The notes under the pieces were generated by a model. The model did not search any database and was not told the origin of the DNA. It saw only the letters and a program-made list of their open reading frames with translations. From the NCBI GenBank assembly GCA_036172245.1, contig JAYWIR010000040.1, forward strand, positions 620,001 to 684,000: a stretch of DNA of 64,000 nucleotides, in the 5' to 3' direction. Made by a program: the position numbers and the translations under genes. The DNA comes from Raillietiella orientalis (taxonomy: Eukaryota). This document shows positions 14,210 through 24,149 of this stretch, piece after piece (the first letter of the stretch is position 1; every line of letters begins with the position of its first letter).

Positions 14210-14950
14210 CGTAGTCGAAAATTTAAGGATTTCTACGAGTTTTCTGCTTAAAAAAAAAAACCATTGGAGGAACGTGTCCAGCCAAGCGATCTGGAATTCC
14301 ATTTTGACCGTGCCCGAAGCATCCCCTCCTTGCAGCCCATCCGCATAGCTCTATTGCTTTCGAAGGTCTTCTCGGCGTGTACTCAGCTGACCTCCGTGCA
14401 ACCCCGGGAAAGTACGTGTCCATGGGAGAGCAAGCATTTAGCGCGGAAAACTCGACGAACGACCTCCCGGGGAGGCGAGTCAGAGAGATGCTCGTCTGTT
14501 CTTCCCCCTCAATCCCCATCCCCCTCTCTGCAGTGACACAAGCACATTCATCACGTGTAATGACGATGCTGTCACGCTAGCAGCGTAACCACGGAGGCGG
14601 GCGACCCTTGCGTCGGTGTGCAGGCGAAAACACCACGAGCTCCAACAACAGGGATGCTGGAGAGGAGGCGATGCTCCTTCGACTGGTCCACAGGCCTCGC
14701 CACGTCAATGAGGCCTTTTCGAGCCCTGCGATTGTCCGGAGCTCCCGGAAACCATGTGGTGAGCATGTGGGAGCAATTCTTTTCTAAAGACCACCTTGAA
14801 GCACTGTTCTTCCTCCTGCACCAGCTTCACACGCCCTCAGCCGCCTCCTCTCTTGAGACTGTCGCGTTCACCTGTGCTCCTCAGTGACCCTGATGGAGCT
14901 CGCGAGCACGTTCCAGCCTGGCTAAGGAGGTCCGAAAGCGATCGCCTCTC
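14210..14950 (-). mobile_element. Degenerate L1/Tx1-like ORF1 plus start of endonuclease
   Basis: ORF1-like FKVVF and PDN..RKGL...PV...IPVVGARGVF (ORF 14572..14766), followed by FSALNA (~SLNVRG) in ORF 14223..14519. Confidence 0.4.
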
Positions 14951-15299
14951 ATCGTGAGGAATTGTGGCTAAGGTGCTCGGGTTCTTAATGCGCACTTTGG
15001 TTTGGAAGAAAATCTCAAGACTTTTTTTCGCTCATCTTCCGTGAGGAAGGGCAGGCAAGAGAATACTCTTCTCTTTCTGACTCAGATTCCCACTCGGAAC
15101 CGCCCCCTGTTTCGAGGTTCCTTTTCCCAGAGTACCGGAGCTCGCGGCCTGTGAGACCCTTGGTGTTCGCGTCTCCCTCTGTCTTTACCCGTTTGCGTCT
15201 CCCTCCCCTCCTTTCCCCTCTTGGACGCTGCCCGTCCAAGAGGGGAGGAAAGGGAAGAGCATAAACGGAGAGGACACAATAACGCCTCTTCCCTGCTGG

Positions 15300-16100
15300 C
15301 TGGGGTCTCCCCTCTCGGAGCGTGTCGGTCTTCCCATCTTCCTCTCGGACCGTCTTCTGCTTTTGCGCTCGAAAAGGTCGAAGGAGCAGAGAGGCGGAAC
15401 TCCCGGAGGTCGATGGAAAGGATCCAGCTAGAACGAAAGATCAGTTCACTCATCATGCGAACGGAGCGCTTCCTGTTTTGCTGTTACGCATCAGGACTCG
15501 CTGGCGCTCCCCTTCGCTGCCTCTTCCCTTTCGTTCCACACCTGCATTCTTCCTACCCTCCTTCCATTCTTCCTCCTTTCTGGGACGGCGAACCGAAAGC
15601 TCTCAAGAGAGGGTTCCTGGGGACTGCAGAGGTTCCCGTGGAAGCTTCCCTTTTAAGAAGCAGGGAGCACTGCCGAACTGCCATTTGGGACTGCGAGTAC
15701 AATGCACCCTTCTTGAGGTCACGACACCCACGAGAAATGAGGGTCACCCAGAGCGCAGAGTGCACAACAAGGACAACAATTAGTCCATCTGCACCTGCAG
15801 CGTGTGCGTTCCTGGGAAGAGGAGGCTGAAGATAGGCACTCTCTTCTCAGGAGGCGCCCGGGGTGGACTTTTCCTCGCCGGGAAAAAGGAGGACGCTTCG
15901 CTTTTCTATCTTCTGTTTTCCTTCCTTCGTCCTCTTCCTCTTCCCTTTTTCCCCTCCGCACCGCAGCAGGAATTCTGTCAATCCCCCAGCGACCCCGAAG
16001 AGAGTCCGATCCGAAGATACTGGAGAGAAGGCGACGCACGTTGTTTACGAGCGCAACCGGTCTGGGCACTCCCAGGGCGAGCGGCGCCTCCCTCACCATT
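15300..16100 (-). mobile_element. Degenerate L1/Tx1-like ORF1 end and endonuclease fragment
   Basis: RTRCRCRWTNC knuckle-like segment (ORF 15719..16099); VTLISRGCRDLKKG (~TLNVRGLRD..K) ORF 15553..15765; SWILSIDL (~WIL.GDFN) ORF 15082..15456. Confidence 0.45.
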
Positions 16101-16325
16101 CTTTGTGTTTCCTTCGTCTCTTACGCACGCCCAAGGCTGCTGCAAGCGAAAACGCGGAGTTGTTGAACTGGGGTGCAGGGCAATGTCTCTTCAGCTGCCT
16201 CCAAATCCCACCCTCCCTCCCGCTCGACCGCCGCATGTATCTTTTCCATCTTTCCCGCGTTTCCATTGGGAGTCGCGTGGGAAAATGTGGGGACATCTTC
16301 AAGGTCATCTCCCCTGACCTGCATC

Positions 16326-16365
16326 TTTATAAGCTGGGGAGTCCCCCTTGCGAGTCTCCAGTGCT
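16326..16365 (+). promoter_or_regulatory. Candidate core promoter (TATA box and Inr-like element) of the Gly-rich gene
   Basis: TTTATAAG at ~16326 with CCAGT about 30 nt downstream, roughly 65 nt before the ATG at 16426. Confidence 0.4.
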
Positions 16366-16425
16366 TGCGATTTTTAATCCAGAGCACCAGTGGGTCTTCA
16401 AGGTCTTTCCAGGCGCGATCTCAGG

Positions 16426-18326
16426 ATGAAGAACTCGCTGCTTCTAACGGTTCGTTGTGCTACGCTCCCCTCAGCACTGCTTCCGTGCCACTACCTTTCC
16501 TTTCCCCTCGCCTCCTGCCACTGGACCAAGAAAGAGCCGCGCGACCTTCTGGCTGCGTGGCCGCCGCTTCCTCTGCCGTCCTCTTGCACAGTGCGCATGT
16601 GCTGCGCTTCCGGTCCGGAGATCACCCGACCCTCGATGCAACCCTTCTTTTACGGAAGGCCTCCCTCTGCAAGCGCCGCCCGAGAAAAGAGGCACGGGGT
16701 GCCAGGGGATCGGCGCCTGCCTCTCCCGGTGGAGCAACAGCGGATCCCACGGAGGCGTCGGACCCTGTCGGCCCCTTCACCGCGACCTTCCTTCCCTCCT
16801 TCGAGGAGGAGTCGTGCGAGCTGGTCCACTCGATACCACCCACCCTCCACCCTCGGACTCCAGACTGGCCGCGTGCGCGTTGCCGAACCGCGAGGCCGGA
16901 AGCCCAGCAGCAGGAGGCTGTGGTCCACCTCTCCTTCCTCTTCCTGTCGCAGTGCTGGACGAGAAAAAAAGCCGGTCCCCTCTTTCCGCCCCTTCCCCTT
17001 CCCTCAAGCTCGGCTGTCAGCTTTTCTCCGAGTCTCCCCTCGTCACCACGGAAACCTCCGGGGATTTACCACGCGTGCTGGAGGCGGATCCGCGGAAGCG
17101 CCCCGCGGCACGGGCGCTACCCCAGTGCCTTCTCTCCTCCCTTCGAGCAGGAATCCCCCTCCCTCCCGAAGAAGGTGTCCCCGTCCCGTCCTTCCTCTCC
17201 AGCTCGCTCCGATCCTCCTTCCCTGTTCCTCCCCCGGCGAGCCGCGCGCCCTGCTGACCCCTCTCTGATTGCAGATTCTGGTGCTGTGCCTGATGGTGTC
17301 GCTCGCCAAGTCCGGCTTGCTTGTTGGGTAAGCGGGAAGAGAGTAAGGGATGGGATGGGGGAAGGAGTAGGAGGTGGACGGAAAGTGACGAGGTTTCTTG
17401 CGGTGTACAGGAAAATCTTCGGAGGAGGTGGCTACGGTGGGCACGGCGGAGGCTACGGCATACACGGCGGAGGCTATGGCATACACGGTGGTGGCTACGG
17501 AGGACACGGCGGTGGATACGGAGGTGGATACGGAGGACACGGCGGTGGATACGGAGGACACGGCGGTGGATACGGAGGACACGGCGGTGGATACGGCATA
17601 CATGGGGGTGGCTACGGAGGACACGGCGGCGGCTATGGAGGACACGGCGGCGGCTATGGAGGACACGGCGGCGGCTATGGAGGACACGGCGGCGGCTACG
17701 GAGGACACGGCGGTGGCTACGGAGGTCACGGCGGTGGCTACACTCTGTTCAAACCCGTGCTGGTGGGTTTCGGTGGATTCGGAGGAGGCCACCCAGGGTA
17801 AGGAGGACCATAAGCGTCTCGTCTGAGGGCAGTGGGGACGATGATGGTGTGGGACGCGGGAGCGGGGGAAACAAAACGCTGGAAGCAGATGGGTACTCCA
17901 GGTTTTCCTTTTTTTTTCTCTTTCGGAAAGAAGAAACTCAGGGGGAGGGAGAGCCCCATTTCTTCTTCCTTTTCCACATTTTTTTCCATTATTATCTATC
18001 TCCCTCGACAAGGGGGTAAAGACCGCAAAGCTGAACCCTCCTGTTTTCTTTTCTCCTTACTGGCGGTCCGCTTTGGACCCATCTGGGGGAAGAAAGCAGG
18101 GAAAGGGAGGGTGGGATCGCTGGAAAAGGATGAGGAGCTCGAGCGATTCCAATGACTAGGTCTATCTTTCTTCTCCCTCCATCCCACCCCAACCTCCCTC
18201 TGCTATGAACCGAGCGGGGAGACGAGTCCCGCGCTCTCTGACTTCCCAGTGTTGCCCGTCCGTTCTCATCACCTGTGCTCCCCCTTCCTCAGGTATGGCC
18301 ACCATGGCCACCACTACTACGGCTGA
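16426..18326 (+). CDS. Secreted glycine/histidine/tyrosine-rich repeat protein (cuticular or Gly-rich defence protein-like), 165 aa
   Basis: Exons 16426-16449 (MKNSLLLT|gttcgt), 17275-17327 (ILVLCLMVSLAKSGLLVG|gtaagc), 17411-17797 (KIFGGGGYGGH...HPG|gtaagg), 18293-18326 (YGHHGHHYYG*). Phases join correctly (498 nt). The signal peptide is split by intron 1, as is typical of arthropod cuticle genes. Exon 1 is the least certain. Confidence 0.8.
17421..17741 (+). repeat. Coding 21-bp tandem repeat (GGAGGACACGGCGGTGGATAC-type; GGHGGGY)
   Basis: 14 His-containing heptads GGGYG(G/I)H plus one 12-nt short unit; blocks of identical synonymous codons. Confidence 0.95.
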
Positions 18327-19799
18327 AGCTGAGGCCCTCGGAAACGCCGCCCCTCCAAGAGAGAAGTCGCGCCTGGGAATTGTGCGGGACCGGCACCCCC
18401 CGACTGAAAATACAGCACCCCTTTTTCTGATGAAGTGGTTTGTTGTTGCTGCTGAGTATTCCAGCCATCAAAAGGGCTCGCCTCTTCGGGATGCGGGAGA
18501 CGGGCGGGGAGGGGGAAGGTGGGGGGAGATGCAGTTATTTTAGGCAGCAGTGGACGTAGGAGGAGCGAAGAAGGGGAGCGGGCGCTCGCAAGCGAGCGGG
18601 AGGGCAGTCTCGAGCGCGCGGTGCCTAGGGAAGAAAAGGGGGAGGAGGAGGGATCGAAGCTCCTCTTTCCCCTTCTTCTCCCTCCCTGCCATAGTCGGGG
18701 CTCGGGTCGCCCCAGGCAGCCGAACGCCTCCTTTCGAGATTCCGAAAGGGGCGGAGGATGGAGGGGGGAGGAGGCGGGAGGCGCACGCAGGAAGCAAACG
18801 GAGGCGGCGGCCGAGCTCTTCGTCTCCGAGTGCGGTGTGGCCTCGGGGGAAAAATAGAGGAGAAAATGGGAAAGAAGGAAGAGGAAGGGAGGGACAAAGG
18901 AAAACCTGAACGCGCTGCCCGCTTTTTGCCTCCAACGCCAAAAACAGCGCACAAAGGCGCGTCCCTACCGTCTGGCGGACTCCCTCTTCGTTCCCAAAGC
19001 CGCTAGTCGTGAGGGAAAAATAAGAGGAAGAGGGGAGGCGGCCGCGTCCTCCCATCCGCTTCCCGCTTCCTGGCATGACCCCTTCCGTCTCCCAGAAGAG
19101 GGATTCGTTCCTTATGAACTCCGTCGCAGTAGCCCACGCCCATTTGGTGCTTCCCTCCTTTCTCTCCATTCCTCTACCATGGAAGGGGGCAGGGGGGTAG
19201 CCGCGAGCTCTGACGGACTCGTGGCCTCCCCGTCTGCGTTCCAGGAGGAGCCGCTTGGGCGAGCTTCGACGGCTCCAGAGAGACGGAGGCGGCCGACGCC
19301 ACCTCGGGCGGACCGCGCCGCCCGGTGAGGCTGGCTCGAGTTGGCTGATCCGTGCCCGTGAGCGTCCCGCATTCCTCTCGCAATCTTGCCGGGCGCTCTT
19401 GTTTTGGGTAACGACGCATTCCCAAAGGTCATCAACAGCCCCAGGCGCTGGGCGGATGCTGTTTATCCCCTAAGAGTGCGTGAAGAGGACGGAGATCCGT
19501 CTGTCTACAGACAACAACTACTTTTGTCGCTCCGCTTGTCCCCACTCCCCCATTTGCAAGTCTCCTTCGTAGTTATTCCCCCTCCCCCCTCCCTTCAGCG
19601 CGGGGTGGGCCCCGGATTCGCTTGGCAGCCGGTCTCCAGGCCTTGATGGGAGGGAGGAGAGCGGAAGTTGGTCCTTCCTTCCTCTCCTGAGAGAGAATGA
19701 ATTCCCGAAGACGTTACCGTTACCGTACGCCGCGTAAGGAAGAGCGCGAAAGTCGGGGGAGAAGGGACGGAGAGAATTGAGGGCAAGTGAGGAAAGGGA

Positions 19800-20760
19800 A
19801 AAAAACGGCCGCTCTCCATGCCCTCCGCCTCACGTCCTCCACAAATGGTAGGCTCTCCGTTTCCTTCCAGGAGCTGCATACGTCCGCTTTTCGAGAAGGA
19901 ATTCAGCTGCTGATGATAGGGCGAGAAGTCCCTGCCTGACCCTTAAAAAACCGGAGAGGTCTCGGATCCTTGAGAAGGGCGGCCGTAGGGTGGGATAGGG
20001 GCAGAGAAAGGGAGAACCCTCCGCCCAGCGGCCTACCTCCGTATCCAGCCTCCTCCTATCACGCGCTTTCTGCTGCACTCCTTCCTTCTCTCGTGCTGGG
20101 AGGAGGGCGCGACGAGATCGCCCGGGGGGCGCTCGCGCGCTGAGACCCTTCTCTCGCCCTCGCGTCCTCAGCGGAGGGAATGGCTGGAATGGCCCGGCAG
20201 CGGAATGGCTTTTCGGGCACAGCGCCTTCCCCTTTTCTCAAAAACACCCTTACGTTCGCTGCGACTCCCCTTCCCCATCCTCCTTTCCCTTCCCTCAGCT
20301 CCGGGACTGCGGCATCTGGAGAGAAGCGGAGTCCTTCCGAGGAGCCGCTGAAATCCCTTGCAGCTTCCAGACCTTCCAGTCCAGGCACTCCTGGCAACCG
20401 AAGGAGAGAGGCGAATGTGCTGCTGCTGTGGCAAAGCGGCGTGAGACCGCGGGCAGCCAGCAGTCGGCGGAGGGAAAGCTGCCAGCTAAGAGGAACTCCA
20501 TGAATTCTGGCGGATGCGAAACGATCTGTGGATCGCGCTGCAGGACAGGGAAACGAGAGACGATTTCCGGAAGGGTAGTTCAAAAATGACCCGGATCCAG
20601 GAGAGCCTTCCAGCTTTCTTGCTTCTTCTAGAGCTCTTCCGCTCCGCCGCTGAGCGTTCCCCTTTGGCGGTCGCAGAGAAGCGGGGCTGGCAGAATAGGT
20701 AGAATAGGTACTCGGAAAATCCGGAAGAAAAACCAAGCACCCCCGGCCAACGCTCAAAGG
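19800..20760 (-). mobile_element. Degenerate L1-like RT fragment
   Basis: ORF 20059..20907 contains ALEEARKLEGSPGSG (~KSPG.DG), GLEAARDFS (~NWRPIS) and PEKPFR (~EKAFDR); GRWAEGSPF (~GVRQGCPL) in ORF 19830..20078. Confidence 0.5.
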
Positions 20761-20799
20761 AACCGCGTGGCAAGGTTTGCAGTCGAGAACGTCCCTGCT

Positions 20800-23700
20800 G
20801 CGACCTCCGAGGCGACTGCGCGCGTGGCCACGAGCGGTACTGATGGTGGCTGCTTCCTGTCTGCAGGCGCAGTCAGGACACCTCTCCAGATAAGAAGCAG
20901 CCTCCATCAGCTTTCAGCCGATGCTTCTGTCTTCACGTGTCACGTGGCAGCAAGACCGCAGAGAGAAGAGCACTCATCCAGCGCGGTAAAAAGAAAGGTG
21001 CGGCTTCATGAAAGAAATCCAAAAAAAACGCAGGAAACAGCAGTATAAAACGGAAAATCCAAGCCACAGAGGGCTTCCCAGCATCGTTGCGTGTCATGGA
21101 AACGACTTCTGAATCAGAAGCTTCCGAGAAACTGGGTCGGAAAGAATTAAACGCTCGAGGCGCTCCCCTACTGGACCGGCAGTTCAAAAGTGTTGGCGTA
21201 ACAGAGCTAAACATCTTCATAGCAGCGACCCCAAACCGCGGTCACAAAACGAAACGAAGTACTCCAGAAATTCGTTTCCTGCTGTATTCCCCATTATCTT
21301 GCTTTTTTTTTTTTCTTTAGAGCTGACATCTCTCTGCCTGAGAAAAGTCTCCAAACTTTAACCAGGTGGTAACAAATGAAGATCAAAATCACGTTCAACA
21401 GTGAATCCAGCAGCTGTGGAGACTTCCGAAGCTTCATTGAGATCCGAAAACTTCCATCAGGCTTTGTTAAGGAGGATGCTGACTGCAGGCTCTTTAGAGG
21501 TCTAGTTGTCTTCATCTCTAGACTCATCATGGCATGCATTGCACCTCGAAAGAACAGTCTGTCACATTCTTATGAACTCACAAACACCCCTAGGCGATCC
21601 TATTCTGCAAAGGACCGACGAAGAAGCTGTCCCATTCAGGCTGCTGAGCGTCTTCTTGGAAATGATCGACCCATCCTCCAGTGTTTTGCAGTAGTGTTTT
21701 TTACCCAGTCTGGCAAGAGAGCTACCACGCCTGTACGCTTTTCTTGAACTCTCCATAAGAGAGCTCCCAGATCGGCGCCGTCTCCGTTGAGCACCCTCAG
21801 CCAAGAAAGCACCAGAGAGGCACCCCGAATGTAAGAGATGGTTTCGTAGCTCCTGCGTTCTGAGGTCCCCAGTAGACAATCACGAATGCCATGCAAGAAG
21901 CTTCCCATTCCTCTTCGCTTTCCTTGTACTCCCCTGTTTTTTCAAATGCCCGTCATCGATTAACACTGCCTTGAGGACGGAATTCTGGAGACAGCTACAT
22001 CTTATCATCGAAGAGACGGTTGCATGGTGAACACCATCACCTTCCTTCTGTTCCAACAAGGGAAATCAGCCAAAGCTGCGGAACTTTGACTAAAAGCATC
22101 AATCTCTTTCGCAAATCTGTTCTTCTCTCTTCTCCTCTCTCCCTCCTCTTGTCTGCTTCAAGTGGAAAAGATCAAACCAAGGTAAATTCCATTTCACGTA
22201 TCCCACAGAGGAATAGAAGAAAATTGATCTTGAAGCAAAAAAAGTCCCGATTTGTTTTCTTATCAAAGGATGGACTACGACCACCAAATCACATGCATCC
22301 TGTATTTGAACAAGTCGCACAGAGCTTTCGGGCTGCTTCTTGCATCGTTAAGGGTGCTCAGAAGACAGGAGTGATTTTAGAAGGCCTTCGTTTTCGGGAG
22401 ATGTCCAGTGGCCAAAAGTTTCCCCACCTGCTAATGCCGAGCACAGGTAGTTCACTCCCATATTTGTTCTGAATGCACTTTTGCAGATGTTGAGAAACAG
22501 AAAAGGGTTCCGGTGCCCTCGAGATCTTATCCCATTAGAAGCCATTAGCAAGGACACGCTCCTGACCTCTCCTCATGAAGATGCTGCACTGATCAACCGC
22601 TCGCTCTTTTTTCTCAGGATGACGCGTTCATTTTAGACAAACACGTGACTCGTCCCAGTTCTCTGATCCTTTCATTTGGAAATTTCCTCAGCCTTTCAAA
22701 AATGAGTCCGCGGAGGTTTCAATCGGGAAGGAGGCGCAGAGAGCTCGCCGGACGTGTTGTTTGGTACGGCGGAATGAAGGAATTTCGGATTCCGCTTCCA
22801 CCCAAGCATCGGAAGATGGTTTTCCCGTCTATTCAGAACAGGGCGGCTTCCTGCAAAGCGGGTATGGCAACTTTTCACACGCTGAGCAATAGAGATTTGC
22901 ATTCTTATGAGCGGAATCCTATCATCGATGCTTTCCAGTTTCAAAGTGGGATGCAAAGTTCCCTTGTTTGACGTCAGTCGCCGTTCGAGAGACCCAGCCG
23001 TTCAGGATGCATTATTTGCATCTGGGATGAGCAGAAAGAAAGAATTGTTATCAGCTGAGTTCTTCCTATTCCGCTGAATAATCGCTGGAAATCCACTCTT
23101 GTCAAAATCTCTATCGAATCGCGTCTTTGAAGTGAGCGGAAGCGACTGGAGACTCGACTGCAAAATGATTCTGGCAGCAAAGCCGAAGAGGAATGCTTTT
23201 AGAGGACACCTTCTAGAATCCGGCGTGTGTACGCAAAGCAACAATGGCGGTGTATCAGAAGATGAGGAAAACACCGAGAAACGAAATCATGGAGATCAGA
23301 TGGAAGATCTGTTTCCTCGATGAAAACCATTTGTTGCCCTCGAAGAGAAGGTATTTCCTCTGCTGAGAAGCGTGTTTTTTTTTTTTTCTTGTGGAGGAGT
23401 CGCCTTACTGCCAATGGGCAGCAAAGAAGGGTATCAGAAGATGCATCGGAAAAATGCAGATGAGCGTTTCCTACGCTTCCTGTGGTTTCATGCGATTTCT
23501 TTCCCTCACCTTCTATGCTGTGAAATTAGCAGAGAGCTCAAATATAGAAATTTCCCACTCGTAGAGCTTTTAGAGAGTGCCGTAGTGATTGCGAGAGAAA
23601 CTGGCTTCGACAAGTTTGTTGGTTTTGGGGGGAAAGGGTTAAATCAGTGGTCAAATCTCAGTGCCCCTTGACAGGCAAAGCGAGATGAAAGGTTGTGTCC

Positions 23701-24100
23701 AACTCCTGCATAGGAGTTGGACACAGGGAACAAGATCGCGAGAAGAGTCCACACGATGGCTACATCGATTGGGGTACAGAAGTTGTGGCATAGAGATCGG
23801 AAGCCAGCAGGCAAGAGATGCTCCGGATCTCGTCAGGTGCTAGGCAAGCGGGAAGAAAACCGAAGTAGTTGGTTGTTTTTTTCGCATCAAGGGAGCAGCC
23901 GAGATGAAGACAAAACTAGCCCTGGATTGCATCCTGGGCTTGGCCTTTTTTCCTCGTCCCCAAGTTCCTCAGGAGCCAACCTTCCCTGTTCCGTAGTTTC
24001 CTTTGGCCTGAGCTCATTTCCTGAAGAACACTCCTTGATTTCTGGAAGGACTTTGGGGGTCAACTTCCAATCCCGGCCAGTCAACGAAGGCATTCGGTTT
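20800..24100 (-). mobile_element. Near full-length degenerate L1/Tx1-like retrotransposon
   Basis: ORF1-like ~23650-24100; LLCVHTP...RDFD (~NVYAP, GDFN) ORF 23002..23274; SIDDRI...FAGSRPV...GWKRNPKFL (~SRIDRI, SDH.PV, WKLN.SLL) ORF 22696..22956; SRKAYRR (~EKAYDR) ORF 21562..21879; RCPDC at ~20880. Confidence 0.7.
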
Positions 24101-24149
24101 CCACCACTGCCGCACCTCGGCTATTGATGCTGCTGCACTGGGACATCCC

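Noticed and set aside
16173..17801. 542-aa ORF as a single-exon protein
   Set aside because: The N-terminal ~400 codons run through GC-rich intron sequence; the spliced model gives a clean signal peptide joined to the Gly-rich exon.
17321..18019. Arg-rich (RRWIRRT) and Ala/Thr-rich alternative-frame ORFs over the repeat
   Set aside because: Shadow frames of the 21-bp repeat; third-position variation is synonymous in the Gly frame.
18500..19700. Several 100-200-aa ORFs in GC-rich purine/pyrimidine-skewed sequence
   Set aside because: Low-complexity translations in all frames with no motif or splice support.
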